From the IMG/VR virus record IMGVR_UViG_3300033073_001153, positions 128,001 through 192,000 of that record: 64,000 bases of DNA; one strand, given 5' to 3'. Below, piece by piece: positions 25,037 to 35,150 of the stretch (positions are counted from its first letter, which is position 1; every line of letters begins with the position of its first letter). Origin of the DNA: a virus. Taxonomy: Duplodnaviria; Caudoviricetes. Below the pieces are notes generated by a model. It ran no database searches. It was not told the origin of the DNA and worked only from the letters and a program-made list of their open reading frames with translations. The translations under genes and the position numbers were made by a program.

Positions 25037-26836
25037 TTACCGTAGTAGACTCAAATAATGTACGGTATAAGATTCTCCCATAATAGATTCTATTGATTTT
25101 CCTTTTGCTCCTTTACCCATAGCTACTAATTTCTTAACGAAATTATTATATTTAGAAGCATCAATTTCGCCGCCGCCTTCACGTTTAAATTTGTCTAATG
25201 CAGACATTTTAATTTTATCTCTCCATGATTTTGGATCTAATGGTTCTCCATTATATTTTTGGAAATCTGCTGAAGTAGCAGATACGTCTCCGGTTCCTCC
25301 AGTGTAATCACTATCTCCTCCTGCTTCGGTGTCTCCTGTATCACTGGGTTTTAATGGTTGAGCATTTCCTACCGAATCTGATGTATGATCATCAAACATT
25401 CCTTTAATTACACCACCAATTGCTCCTGCTGCTGCTCCTTTTCCTGCTCCTTTTAATACAGATTTTCCTAATTCTTTTCCAGAAAACTTTTTATTACTAA
25501 ATCCTTGTGAAGCAATATTTTTAGCAGCACTAGTACCAGCACCAAATAATGCGCCACTAGCAGCACCAGTAGCAGCAGTTCCTAGGGTTCCTCCACCAAA
25601 TAAACCTGCTTTTGTTAACATCGGAATTAACACTGCTGGTCCACCAACGGCAACACCAATAGCAGCAATAATTCCCAATAAAGTACCAGCAGTACGTTTT
25701 GGATTAGCTTTTACCCAATTAATTGCTTTACGAATAATTCCTTCTTTATTCTTTGTAGCAGGCGCAGATACTCCTGTATATGGTAATTCTTTAGATTTTA
25801 TATCAGAAGTAGTAGAAGAAATAGGTTCTACTTGAATATCATCTGATTTTGGTTCTATCCTAGTAAGATTAGAAGACCCTCCATATCCTAACTGTGGGGA
25901 TACTCTTTCTTTTCCTGAAGAAACCGGAACTAAAGAACCTTCATCACCTTTTAAAACATCAGTTTTTGGTCTCTTACCTAAACTAGTAATAGGAGCACGT
26001 TGACTAACTTGATCTTTGCCTCCTAATTTCTTTGATAAAGTTTCACTAAACTTAGCGATTTGTTTATCGGAATATTTTTTCTTTAATTCGTCTGCCACTT
26101 GTTTTGCATACTTAGCAATAGACATCGGCTTTTCTTTCGATTCTGCCTTTTTTCCTTTTGTACTTTGATTAGATTTTTTTTGTCGTTCTTCTTCTTGTTT
26201 TTTATTTAAAGTTTCCGCATTTTCTCTTCTTTTTCGTTTAACAATTGCTTTATGTGGATTGCTCCTTTTTTCGATTGTTTCTGGAAGTCCTTCGGCATAT
26301 TTTTTTGAATATCCTGATACTACTTTTGCTTCTGTTAAAATTTGTTCATTAACAAATGAATAACGTTCTAACATTCTTTGAATATTAGATTCAGTTAATA
26401 CGCTAGAAGCAAAGAAAAGTTTATTTAAATAAACTGCCTCGTTATTAGTTGCTGGTTCTTCTGAAGAGGCTTCTTTATTTAAAGTAGCCATTCCTTTCTT
26501 AGCGAGTTCTTTTAACTTTTCTGGATCTTTTAAATCTTCAATTCCTTTTAAATCCTCTGGAGTAGCAGTTTTCTTAATTAAACTGAATAATAATTGTATT
26601 CCTTTATTAGCTACATAAGAAGCAGCTTTTCCTATTCCGCCTTTAACTTTACTGAATGCATCTCCTAACATTCCTTCTGTAACCAATTCTTGGATACATT
26701 CTAAATCATATTTGTATAAATCATGAATTTGTTTAAGAGGATCAGAACTATAAAAATCTGCTACACTTTGTTCTAAAATGAATTGCTTTCGGTGATTAGA
26801 ATAAGCCTCGAAAATAGGATCAGTACTATACTTCAT
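25037..26836 (-). CDS. Late internal-virion-like protein with Gly/Ala-rich hydrophobic helices
   Basis: MKYSTDPIFEAY; GTLLGIIAAIGVAVGG, GAAAGAIGG; TAAATA at 26843-26848. Confidence 0.65.
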   Translation of the reverse strand: MKYSTDPIFEAYSNHRKQFILEQSVADFYSSDPLKQIHDLYKYDLECIQELVTEGMLGDAFSKVKGGIGKAASYVANKGIQLLFSLIKKTATPEDLKGIEDLKDPEKLKELAKKGMATLNKEASSEEPATNNEAVYLNKLFFASSVLTESNIQRMLERYSFVNEQILTEAKVVSGYSKKYAEGLPETIEKRSNPHKAIVKRKRRENAETLNKKQEEERQKKSNQSTKGKKAESKEKPMSIAKYAKQVADELKKKYSDKQIAKFSETLSKKLGGKDQVSQRAPITSLGKRPKTDVLKGDEGSLVPVSSGKERVSPQLGYGGSSNLTRIEPKSDDIQVEPISSTTSDIKSKELPYTGVSAPATKNKEGIIRKAINWVKANPKRTAGTLLGIIAAIGVAVGGPAVLIPMLTKAGLFGGGTLGTAATGAASGALFGAGTSAAKNIASQGFSNKKFSGKELGKSVLKGAGKGAAAGAIGGVIKGMFDDHTSDSVGNAQPLKPSDTGDTEAGGDSDYTGGTGDVSATSADFQKYNGEPLDPKSWRDKIKMSALDKFKREGGGEIDASKYNNFVKKLVAMGKGAKGKSIESIMGESYTVHYLSLLR

Positions 26837-26850
26837 AGTAACTATTTACC

Positions 26851-27099
26851 TTAAAAAAGATTATTTTTAGTAAAATAATAGTGTAAATAGTCAAATTCTT
26901 TTACTGTCATCCAATGCATGTTGACTTCTAAAAAGTCCGACATTCTTACTTCATCCCATTCATGGGCACCATAAGTGTATACTCCGTCTTTATAATCAAT
27001 TGGATAATTAAACAAAGTCTTGAAAAGTATGACTTTATCGGCTAAAGACATACTTTTTAACTTACCATTCACTTCACGAGTAACTTTGCTAAACTCCAT
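26851..27099 (-). CDS. Hypothetical protein
   Basis: ORF; TAAATA at 27105-27110. Confidence 0.65.
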   Translation of the reverse strand: MEFSKVTREVNGKLKSMSLADKVILFKTLFNYPIDYKDGVYTYGAHEWDEVRMSDFLEVNMHWMTVKEFDYLHYYFTKNNLF

Positions 27100-27107
27100 A
27101 TAATTAT

Positions 27108-27425
27108 TTAGAGTTTTTTAACAAAATGTAGTAATAATCGTAATACATCATCTTCTGTTATACAATTAACTATTCTACTTTCTGTATACAGAACTTTAGC
27201 TTCTGACCATTCTGGTTCTAAAAGATGTATACATTCGTGTATTATTGTGGGAATCAAATCTTTTCTGTAATCTAATATAATACCATCTTCCCATTCACAG
27301 TATCCGTGTACTCCTTTTAACTTTTTAAAAGTAAAGAAACCTCGTTTTTGTTTTTTGATAACGTCTACGACACGTTCAAACAATTCGAGGCTTTCTTTTT
27401 TAGTTAATTTCTTATTATTGGACAC
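27108..27425 (-). CDS. Small HExxH (minimal zincin-like) protein
   Basis: HGYC...TIIHECIH...WSE. Confidence 0.55.
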   Translation of the reverse strand: MSNNKKLTKKESLELFERVVDVIKKQKRGFFTFKKLKGVHGYCEWEDGIILDYRKDLIPTIIHECIHLLEPEWSEAKVLYTESRIVNCITEDDVLRLLLHFVKKL

Positions 27426-27743
27426 TAAAATTATTTAGTGCTCAATTCTTGAAAACCGCATAAACAGCCATCATGTGAACGATTCCTACAAAAAATAAGA
27501 TAATTTTTGAGAAATCCGAATTTTCCTTTCTCCTCTTTCTTCTCAGAAAACGATATCTGATCCATTCTTCGTTATTTGTAAGTTTAGTCGCTTTTTTCAT
27601 CGCCAAGTACCTTTTCTAATATTTTGATAATTGTTACCCAGATGAGTATTTGATACCACGAAACTGTGTTGGACACAACACCAAAGTAACGTAAGGCGAA
27701 AAAAGAAAATAAGAGTACCATCACCTTATTTATCTTTTGCAGG

Positions 27744-27836
27744 AAAAAAGAAACCCACTCTCTTCAGTAGTGACAGAGAGTGGGTTAAGCACGTGACCAA
27801 TCGTCGTTTGTGGTAGCGAATTCCACTTAGTGCATA
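27744..27836 (-). ncRNA. Putative late small RNA (three-way junction + terminator)
   Basis: TAAATA at 27841-27846; GCAC/GUGC, GUGG/CCAC, GAC/GUC stems; 12-bp terminator stem + U tract. Confidence 0.45.
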
Positions 27837-28175
27837 TTAGTATTTATTCATTTCTAGCAATTTTTCCAAGCTCTAATTGAATGTTTGTTTTGATTGTATC
27901 GGCTTCTGTTTTTCCTCTCACATAACCGAGATAATAAACAAATCCATACACAGATAAATCAAGTACGATTGCAAGTGTTAATAGAATTTTATTTTTCATA
28001 GAGTTTTTTTAGCTGAAGTTACTTCTTATTTTCTGTTCTGTTTCTAAAGTCATCTGAAATTTCACACATAATATAGAAATATACACTTTTTTATAGAAAA
28101 ATCAAGAAACTAAAAATATTTTTCACAAACATTAATAAAATCACATCATTTAGACTAAATAATCCTATAGACTTT

Positions 28176-29480
28176 ATGATATCTATTAAATGTAAAATTA
28201 TTAACGATATTCAAATTGATGATTATGTTCGTCAATTTAATAATGTTAAACGTTTTTCTTATAATAGATTCAAAGATGGTTTTGGGTTTAGCCAAATCAA
28301 TAAACTCACTAAGAAATTAAACAATCTCGATCTTTTAGATGCTTCTATTATTGAAGGAGCAATGATGAAAGCTAAAGAAGTTTACGACCGTAATGGTGAT
28401 AAAAAGGTTATATTTGGTGGTAAGAGTAACTTTAATAAGTTAAAATATAATAAAGAATCAGCTAAACCACTTAATAAAAATGTAAATTTATGGATAGCTG
28501 GTAAATCTAATCAGCATGGAAATCGTAAGTTTAATTTTGATTTTGAAAATAACACAGTAGTTTTCAAACCTAATAGAAATGTTAAAATACCAATTATCTT
28601 TCAAGAGCCTTCTAAAAATCAAAAGAAGTTTTTAAAGAAAGCACAAGAACTAACTAAAACAAATCAAGTTTCTATTTCTGTTACACTTTCAAAAGAATAT
28701 GTTACGTTCGCTTTAGAAGAAAGTATTATTTGTAGTAATAAACAAAATCCGATTAAGAATCGTGTATTAGCTCTAGACTCCAATCCAGAGAACATTGGTA
28801 TTTCTGTTATAGATTGGATTGATACAGATACTAAAACAATCGTTCATAAAGAAGTTATTGATCTAAAAGAACTTAGAGATCTAAGTACGAACAAGAAGCA
28901 TCACGAGATTTTCAGCGTTTCTCAAAGAATTGCTAAGTTAGCTAAACATTATCAATGTGAGTTAGTATGTTTCGAAAAACTTACTATCAAATCTAAAGAT
29001 AATGGTAAAGGTAAGTTATACAATAGTTTAGTTAATAACAACTGGAATCGTATTAAGTTTTTCCAAAACCTTACTAAATGGTGTAATATATTTGGTATCA
29101 AGACACAAGAAGTTGCAGCAGAATTTTCGAGTTTTATTGGTCAATTAACAAATGAGAATGATGTAGATATGGTAGCAGCTTCTATTGAGATCTCTCGTAG
29201 AGGTTTCTTGTTTTACAATCATTACGTTGCTAAAAGAATTTCGTCAGTAAATGGTGGAAAGGTGAACATAGTTTACCCTGAGTTTAATGTTAGTTCTCTA
29301 CCTACTCGTTGGAAGAAAATGGTAGAGAATGACGAAGCATTAGGTTCATGGAAGAAACTATACTATCACTTAAAAAAATCTAAAACGAGTTATAGATTTT
29401 CTCTAAAAGACTGGAAACAGTCCAAAGAGTTTTTAAGGCACAAATCTAGAAAAAGTAATATTTTTCTATATTTTGGCTAA
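28176..29480 (+). CDS. tnpB: TnpB-like RuvC nuclease (orphan, no transposase)
   Basis: RFSYNR N-term, RuvC-I LALDSNP, RuvC-II CFEKL, RuvC-III DMVAASIEISRRG; no Zn finger; TAAATA at 28156-28161. Confidence 0.75.
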   Translation: MISIKCKIINDIQIDDYVRQFNNVKRFSYNRFKDGFGFSQINKLTKKLNNLDLLDASIIEGAMMKAKEVYDRNGDKKVIFGGKSNFNKLKYNKESAKPLNKNVNLWIAGKSNQHGNRKFNFDFENNTVVFKPNRNVKIPIIFQEPSKNQKKFLKKAQELTKTNQVSISVTLSKEYVTFALEESIICSNKQNPIKNRVLALDSNPENIGISVIDWIDTDTKTIVHKEVIDLKELRDLSTNKKHHEIFSVSQRIAKLAKHYQCELVCFEKLTIKSKDNGKGKLYNSLVNNNWNRIKFFQNLTKWCNIFGIKTQEVAAEFSSFIGQLTNENDVDMVAASIEISRRGFLFYNHYVAKRISSVNGGKVNIVYPEFNVSSLPTRWKKMVENDEALGSWKKLYYHLKKSKTSYRFSLKDWKQSKEFLRHKSRKSNIFLYFG

Positions 29481-29513
29481 CTCGATGGGATCAATACGAA
29501 ACATCCAAAATAT

Positions 29514-29795
29514 TTACAATGTTTTGTACTTCTCTTCAGCTTCTTCTAATGTTTTGAAAGTAAAACCTTTGGTTCCCCATTCAGAATTACATGGATATGT
29601 TTCTGAAGGTTCGATGTAATTTTCACCCAAATGAAAACCATCGTGCTTTGAAATTAAGATAACTTCATAAGCAAAAGTCTTCTTTCCTTTGGATTGCTTA
29701 AAGATAGCTTTTTTCTTTGTACGTTTGATCATTTCAAAATCAAATCCGTATTTTGAAAAAGATTCTTTTAATTGTTTATATTCTATGGTTTTCAT
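29514..29795 (-). CDS. Hypothetical phage protein
   Basis: YEVILI...ETYPCNSEWG. Confidence 0.7.
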   Translation of the reverse strand: MKTIEYKQLKESFSKYGFDFEMIKRTKKKAIFKQSKGKKTFAYEVILISKHDGFHLGENYIEPSETYPCNSEWGTKGFTFKTLEEAEEKYKTL

Positions 29796-30020
29796 TTAAT
29801 CGTTTTTCACTAGTTCTGAGAAATCATCAAAATCATATCCATATGATTCGGCCAAACTAACAATTTCATCAATATCTACTTCTACTTCGTCGTCAATTAA
29901 TGTTAGATAATAACTAATTGCCTTTTCTTTGGCAGACTTTTCATTTGAGGATCTATCAAAAATAATTTCAAAATTTTCGATAATCTCTTCGTTATGTTCT
30001 TTGAATAGTTTATTCATCAT
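29796..30020 (-). CDS. Hypothetical acidic protein
   Basis: Likely start MMNKLF. Confidence 0.55.
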   Translation of the reverse strand: MMNKLFKEHNEEIIENFEIIFDRSSNEKSAKEKAISYYLTLIDDEVEVDIDEIVSLAESYGYDFDDFSELVKND

Positions 30021-30633
30021 GATGTAAGGTGTTGATTGATTTGAGAGACATAATAGTTTCAATTTCTAGCATTGTCAACGGTTTTTTGTGGATGTCCCAT
30101 CCACAATCTAGAATTTTGTGAGTTTTATTTTCTGGTCTGGAAATAGGATTATGACCGTGTGAATGTCCACAAAGGTGCATCGATCCATTAGTCATATTAT
30201 CATAAACTTGAATCGGAAAATGAAAACAAATAAATTCTTTCTTATGATTTCTAAATGTGTAGTAATGTCCCAAATAACGAATAAAGATTCCTTTATTAAA
30301 GGCACAAACTTGTTCTCTTGTTCCTCCGTAAGATCTTTGAATCGGATTGTTATGATTGCCCCACAACATCCAAATTTCTTTAATTTTTAGTTTACTGAGA
30401 ATGTCAAAATATTGTTCTTGTGTGGTGTTTAAACAAAAATCACCCAAGTGTAAAAGAATTCCATTTTCACCAACAGTATCATTAATGATACGAATCATAT
30501 CCTCAGTCATTTCTTGAGGATTATCATATCCTCTAGTCTTATAGAGAAATTCTCGATTATGATTAAAATGTGTATCTGAAGTTACAAACAAATTATTGTA
30601 AACTTCGTCAGAGAGTTTTTCCATTACTTGCAT
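30010..30633 (-). CDS. Calcineurin-like metallophosphoesterase
   Basis: SDTHF, HLGDF, WGNH, HFP, CGHSH. Confidence 0.9.
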   Translation of the reverse strand: MQVMEKLSDEVYNNLFVTSDTHFNHNREFLYKTRGYDNPQEMTEDMIRIINDTVGENGILLHLGDFCLNTTQEQYFDILSKLKIKEIWMLWGNHNNPIQRSYGGTREQVCAFNKGIFIRYLGHYYTFRNHKKEFICFHFPIQVYDNMTNGSMHLCGHSHGHNPISRPENKTHKILDCGWDIHKKPLTMLEIETIMSLKSINTLHHDE

Positions 30634-30634
30634 A

Positions 30635-30880
30635 TTAAAGTCCGTGTTTAATCTTTGCTAAAAAGAATTTTTGTTTGTTTATTACTTTTCTTTTATTTTC
30701 CCAATTTTGGCAATACCAAGATACCTCGTCATATTTGATGCCTAAATATTCCTCATCGTATTTCCTTCTTGCTTCTATATCATTTCCAAAGTCGTGTTGT
30801 TGTTCCCACCATTCTATAAAAATAGATTGGTAGATAAAAGGATTATTTAAAACTACTTCCATATGCAATATGTTTTCCAA
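30635..30880 (-). CDS. Small protein (KxFLxxIKHG family)
   Basis: Ends VINKQKFFLAKIKHGL. Confidence 0.6.
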   Translation of the reverse strand: MENILHMEVVLNNPFIYQSIFIEWWEQQHDFGNDIEARRKYDEEYLGIKYDEVSWYCQNWENKRKVINKQKFFLAKIKHGL

Positions 30881-31944
30881 AGTTTATGGGGAGAAATTTC
30901 CTTACCATCAAGCATAGCAAAAGCAATTCCAAAATCATTAGGAAATGCTTTGATGATTATTTCAGCTTGTTCCTTTCTTGTTAAAGTTTTGAAATAATCG
31001 AGTTTCAATAAGTTTTTGATTACTCCAGTCATGTCTTTAATATGCTGCCATTTAATATACAATTCTGAAATAAGAGTATTTAAAGTAGTAACCAACTCCC
31101 AATCGAAATTCTTTGCTAATTCTTCTTCGAATTTATCTCTCTTAGGAGTACCATATTCTACAAAAATATCAAATAAATGATCTACTGTTTTAACACCAGT
31201 GAATACTCGATGCAATTCGAGATAACGAAGAGTCTTAATCTTTTTTAATATTTGTCCAGATTCATCATAAATCACAACACCTTCGATATCTTTCAAAGGT
31301 TCGATTTCTTTCTTCAATAATTCTACATCATTTAAATTAAATGTGTATGTTTTTGGACGTTCTACTCCTAATGTTTTAGCACATAAATCCAAAACATCTT
31401 GTGATAGATATTCATAAGTATTATTATCTATAATACCAATTAACCAAAGAGTAGGTTCTTCTGATTCTCTTAATACAATACGATTACTTGGAGTTGTCCA
31501 TTCAAACAAAAGAGTAAATCTTTCTGAAGTTACAAAATAATCAGAAAATACTCTTGGATATTTATTCTTTAAGAATTCTATCTCATGTCCATTTTCTAAT
31601 TTAGTTGCATCGACGGTTCCGCGAGTACGAACGATAAGTTCATTATTACTAGAACTCACGATTAAAAGTGAACCGTCTAGTTTAGTAATTGCTTTGAATT
31701 TACTAGTATTACCTAATGGTTCAAACTCTGGTTGTTCTCCATAATTTACGAATTTTCGAAACCCCGCACTAATTAATTTACCATCATTTTTTCTCCAAAG
31801 AGAAGAACGAAAATACTTATTTTGTTCGTTCCACTTTATCCCCATGTCCTTGGGAGTAACTAATACACATTCGTCTCCAGCAATTATACAATCTTTAATT
31901 TGAAATTGTTCTGGATCTGGTAAACCAATTTCATATAAATTCAT
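30853..31944 (-). CDS. RNA ligase, T4 Rnl1-like
   Basis: FRKFVNYGE, KLDGSL (motif I), RTRG, LFEW, EGVVI, KIKT. Confidence 0.8.
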   Translation of the reverse strand: MNLYEIGLPDPEQFQIKDCIIAGDECVLVTPKDMGIKWNEQNKYFRSSLWRKNDGKLISAGFRKFVNYGEQPEFEPLGNTSKFKAITKLDGSLLIVSSSNNELIVRTRGTVDATKLENGHEIEFLKNKYPRVFSDYFVTSERFTLLFEWTTPSNRIVLRESEEPTLWLIGIIDNNTYEYLSQDVLDLCAKTLGVERPKTYTFNLNDVELLKKEIEPLKDIEGVVIYDESGQILKKIKTLRYLELHRVFTGVKTVDHLFDIFVEYGTPKRDKFEEELAKNFDWELVTTLNTLISELYIKWQHIKDMTGVIKNLLKLDYFKTLTRKEQAEIIIKAFPNDFGIAFAMLDGKEISPHKLWKTYCIWK

Positions 31945-31946
31945 AA

Positions 31947-32156
31947 TTATTCATTAATCCAAGATTTTGAAATAATATTTTCGCTATTATCTTTCTGAAT
32001 ATAATTCATATGAGATCTGATTGCAATCTCTGCTTGACGAATATGTGATAAACAAATCATTGGATCTTTTTCTTCAATAGCTTGATCAATCGAAGCCTTA
32101 GCTTTCAAAAGCCAATATTCGATATCTTCTGTCATTTGAATTTTATTTTCTTCCAT
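31947..32156 (-). CDS. Hypothetical protein
   Basis: ORF in operon. Confidence 0.6.
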   Translation of the reverse strand: MEENKIQMTEDIEYWLLKAKASIDQAIEEKDPMICLSHIRQAEIAIRSHMNYIQKDNSENIISKSWINE

Positions 32157-32158
32157 AA

Positions 32159-33388
32159 TTATGCTCCAAATCCTACGGATCGCTTCTTTTCAGTTTTCTT
32201 ATTACTGTATTGTTTTTCGTAGTTAAAGATATCTGCCAATGTCATGGGATCTTCTACTACAACATCATGTCCTTGTCTAGACATTAATTTCTGGCTTTTT
32301 TCTACTGACAATTTTTGAAAATGATACTCTGAACGTAAACGTCCTTTTCTAAGTAAAGCTGGATCGATCAAATTACGATCACAATTATAAGTGGCAATAA
32401 TTGCAGTTTGTGCCAAGTCAGCATACAATCCATCTGTTAAATTCAATACAGAAGAAACCAGTTCTGAGTTGAAGAACCCGTCTTGCGATTCTCGCTTCAT
32501 AAGAGCCTTTTCTGCGTCTTCAATGACTAAAATAGATCCCTTCAGACTATTTGTCACCAACTCAGTAAATTCAGGATTAGACAAACAGTTAATCATCTGT
32601 GGTGGAATAAAAACTACCGGACGATCCACACAACTAATTAAATGTCTAATAGCAGAAGACTTTCCTGTTCCTGCTTCTCCATAAAACAAATATAATCCTG
32701 TCTTTGTTTCGCTCTTCAACTTGTTCGTAAGATCTTCGAAAAATACTGGAAAATCATCATTGTAATTATCTTCTTCGAATTTCAATTCTGTATCGTGATT
32801 AATCCAACTCACCATTGGACCCATTCTAGTTGTTTTAATAATTCCAATTTTAGGAGTTTCTTTTTTCTTTATTAAGAAATCAGTAAATGTATTTTCATCT
32901 ACTTTAATGTGTATTGGATGTAAAACCGAAAAATTAAAAAAAGTTGGTTCGTCTCCATTATTTGGAAAATTTACAGTAAGCGTATAAAAACATTCTTTAT
33001 AAGAAAAAACATAATTAATTTCTGGATAATCATCCAAACTATAAACTTTTCTATATTCTAGTTTTCCGTTTTTTCTGAAAAAATCTAATAATTTCAAATC
33101 GTATTTTCCGCTTTCCATGTAAAAAATACTTGGAATTGATTTATGAAGTTTATTACAAAATAACCATGCAATTTGAGAAACCGATTCTAAGCTATCTGGA
33201 TAATCAATATCACCAAAATTAGAATGAATATAATTAAACTTATTATCTAATTCTAAAACATTTTTAAATCTTTTGATGTTTTCTTTTTTAAGATTTTCAT
33301 TTCCCATATTTTTGTCACTTTCTATAGAAATTTCATTACCAATTAATAGATCATGCACTGAAGAATACTTTCTTTTTTGGTTTCTCAT
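32159..33388 (-). CDS. AAA+ ATPase
   Basis: GEAGTGKS, LVIEDAE, LNLTDG, IDPALLRKGRL. Confidence 0.9.
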   Translation of the reverse strand: MRNQKRKYSSVHDLLIGNEISIESDKNMGNENLKKENIKRFKNVLELDNKFNYIHSNFGDIDYPDSLESVSQIAWLFCNKLHKSIPSIFYMESGKYDLKLLDFFRKNGKLEYRKVYSLDDYPEINYVFSYKECFYTLTVNFPNNGDEPTFFNFSVLHPIHIKVDENTFTDFLIKKKETPKIGIIKTTRMGPMVSWINHDTELKFEEDNYNDDFPVFFEDLTNKLKSETKTGLYLFYGEAGTGKSSAIRHLISCVDRPVVFIPPQMINCLSNPEFTELVTNSLKGSILVIEDAEKALMKRESQDGFFNSELVSSVLNLTDGLYADLAQTAIIATYNCDRNLIDPALLRKGRLRSEYHFQKLSVEKSQKLMSRQGHDVVVEDPMTLADIFNYEKQYSNKKTEKKRSVGFGA

Positions 33389-33433
33389 GTTTTAAATTTC
33401 AGATTATATAACCAGTTTATCTGAAAAATCAAA

Positions 33434-33793
33434 TTAACGAATTTCTCCCTGAATCAGATAACGACGAGCTGATGGATTAAATCCAGAATAAGAAGGAGGA
33501 GGATTATATGTAGCTACCCTTGGCTGATGATAATAGTGATTATGCGTCACAACAGCAGATGTTTTTTTATTATCATCTTTATCAATCACAGCAGAAGTTG
33601 CTCCCAAACCATTTTCATAGAATGGATAATCTCCTGTTGGGGGTTCTTCTTCACGACTAGCTTTATACTGTCTTGCTGGCTTTTCTTCTGAATTAGAATT
33701 GAAATTATGAATATATGTGTACGAATGATCGTCTCTCCGAACCGTCGTACAACTACTCAAAACCAGTGCTGTTAGGATTATCAATTTCTTCAT
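33434..33793 (-). CDS. Lipoprotein
   Basis: MKKLIILTALVLSSC lipobox; TTGACA at 33824-33829. Confidence 0.7.
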   Translation of the reverse strand: MKKLIILTALVLSSCTTVRRDDHSYTYIHNFNSNSEEKPARQYKASREEEPPTGDYPFYENGLGATSAVIDKDDNKKTSAVVTHNHYYHQPRVATYNPPPSYSGFNPSARRYLIQGEIR

Positions 33794-33862
33794 GATCGAA
33801 ACCATACGCTGATTTTGAAAAAGTGTCAACTGATTTTCCTTCGATTTTAGCTAAATACTTAA

Positions 33863-34528
33863 ATGGACAAGAAGTCCCTTATTAAAAAGATACTGTTGGC
33901 ATTTGAACAATCTTCCACAAAAATAAAATACGATAAAATATATCTATTTGAAGACGGTCCTAATAACGCAAAACAAATTACCGTATCTTTCGGAGTAACT
34001 GAATATGGTAATTTGAAAAAAATGATAAGATCTTATTGTTTAAAAAATGGAAAATACACAGAAAAATTCACTCCTTATATTTCTTCTATCGGTGTTAAAC
34101 CATTAGTAAATGATTCTAAATTTGTAAATTTACTTAAAGAATCTGCATCTGATCCAGTCATGCAACAAACACAAGAAGAAGCATACGATGAAATGTACAT
34201 TAATCCTGCTTATGGATTTTGTTCTAAAAATAATTTCAACGAAGAACTTTCTAAATTAGTTATTTGTGATTCTTATCTTCAATCTGGTTCTGTTTTATCA
34301 TTACTACGAAATATGTTTTCCGAACGTCCTCCTATTAATGGTGGAGATGAAAAAGTTTGGATAACATCTTATTGTGAAGCCAGAAGAAAATGGTTAGCTA
34401 ATCATTCTAGAAAAATTCTCAACAACACAGTCTACCGTATGGATTTTATGTTAGATAGAATCAAAAAAGGCGACTGGAGTTTAAGCCAATCGCCTTTTGT
34501 TGCTAACGGTGTAAAAATCCTAGATTAG
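33863..34528 (+). CDS. GH46 chitosanase/lysozyme-fold protein, probable endolysin
   Basis: LAFEQSS..YD.IY...DG...QITVSFGVTEYGNL, ICDSYLQSG, ARRKWL, TVYRMD; TAAATA at 33852-33857. Confidence 0.7.
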   Translation: MDKKSLIKKILLAFEQSSTKIKYDKIYLFEDGPNNAKQITVSFGVTEYGNLKKMIRSYCLKNGKYTEKFTPYISSIGVKPLVNDSKFVNLLKESASDPVMQQTQEEAYDEMYINPAYGFCSKNNFNEELSKLVICDSYLQSGSVLSLLRNMFSERPPINGGDEKVWITSYCEARRKWLANHSRKILNNTVYRMDFMLDRIKKGDWSLSQSPFVANGVKILD

Positions 34529-34758
34529 GCGTATCCAAGCAAGCTGTTTGGATTTTCCTTTCTAACGATACCATGTGCATTGTACAGAGTCACAGGGGGA
34601 ATTGACTTACTGTTATTTTCTTGCACAGTACCGTTAGTATTCGTTGGTAACGAATTACTAGGACGTTTATCATTGTTAGTTCGAATAGCCTCCAAAATGG
34701 GGGTTAATTGTAGGTATTCAGCGGTTTGTTTTACTGGTTCTATTGGTTTTGTTTGCAT
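34525..34758 (-). CDS. Hypothetical protein
   Basis: ORF; TAAATA at 34766-34771. Confidence 0.55.
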   Translation of the reverse strand: MQTKPIEPVKQTAEYLQLTPILEAIRTNNDKRPSNSLPTNTNGTVQENNSKSIPPVTLYNAHGIVRKENPNSLLGYA

Positions 34759-34764
34759 GGAAAA

Positions 34765-35148
34765 TTATTTAGCACGCAATGCTATTAAATCTTCTGTGTG
34801 TTTATCTAATTTTTTATCTGGATGACTAATTTTTTGTAACATTCCGTTTTGAATGCGATTTTTAATATACTTTTCTTCTAAATTTTTTATTTTATTTTCT
34901 GATGTAGCTTTTAACATTATCAAATAATTATAATTATGTTCTACACCACGCAACCATGCTGTAATCATTTCTACTGTTCCTGAAAAAAGTTCAGCATCAC
35001 GTGAATAAATAGGAATCTTATCGTCTAACGGATACACACCAATAGAATATTCGCCAGCATAACTATATTTTGATTGACACATACAATAGCCTAATTTTTT
35101 TAGGCGATTTTTTAATGTATCTAATTGTTGAATATCATTCCAATTCAT
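34765..35148 (-). CDS. Hypothetical protein
   Basis: ORF downstream of vWA gene. Confidence 0.7.
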   Translation of the reverse strand: MNWNDIQQLDTLKNRLKKLGYCMCQSKYSYAGEYSIGVYPLDDKIPIYSRDAELFSGTVEMITAWLRGVEHNYNYLIMLKATSENKIKNLEEKYIKNRIQNGMLQKISHPDKKLDKHTEDLIALRAK

Positions 35149-35150
35149 AA

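Noticed and set aside
27789-27833. Hammerhead ribozyme or purine riboswitch
   Set aside because: Lacks the CUGAUGA/GAAA core and the purine-riboswitch J2/3 consensus
28176-29480. Cas12f/CRISPR effector
   Set aside because: No repeat-spacer array or cas genes nearby; treated as TnpB-like
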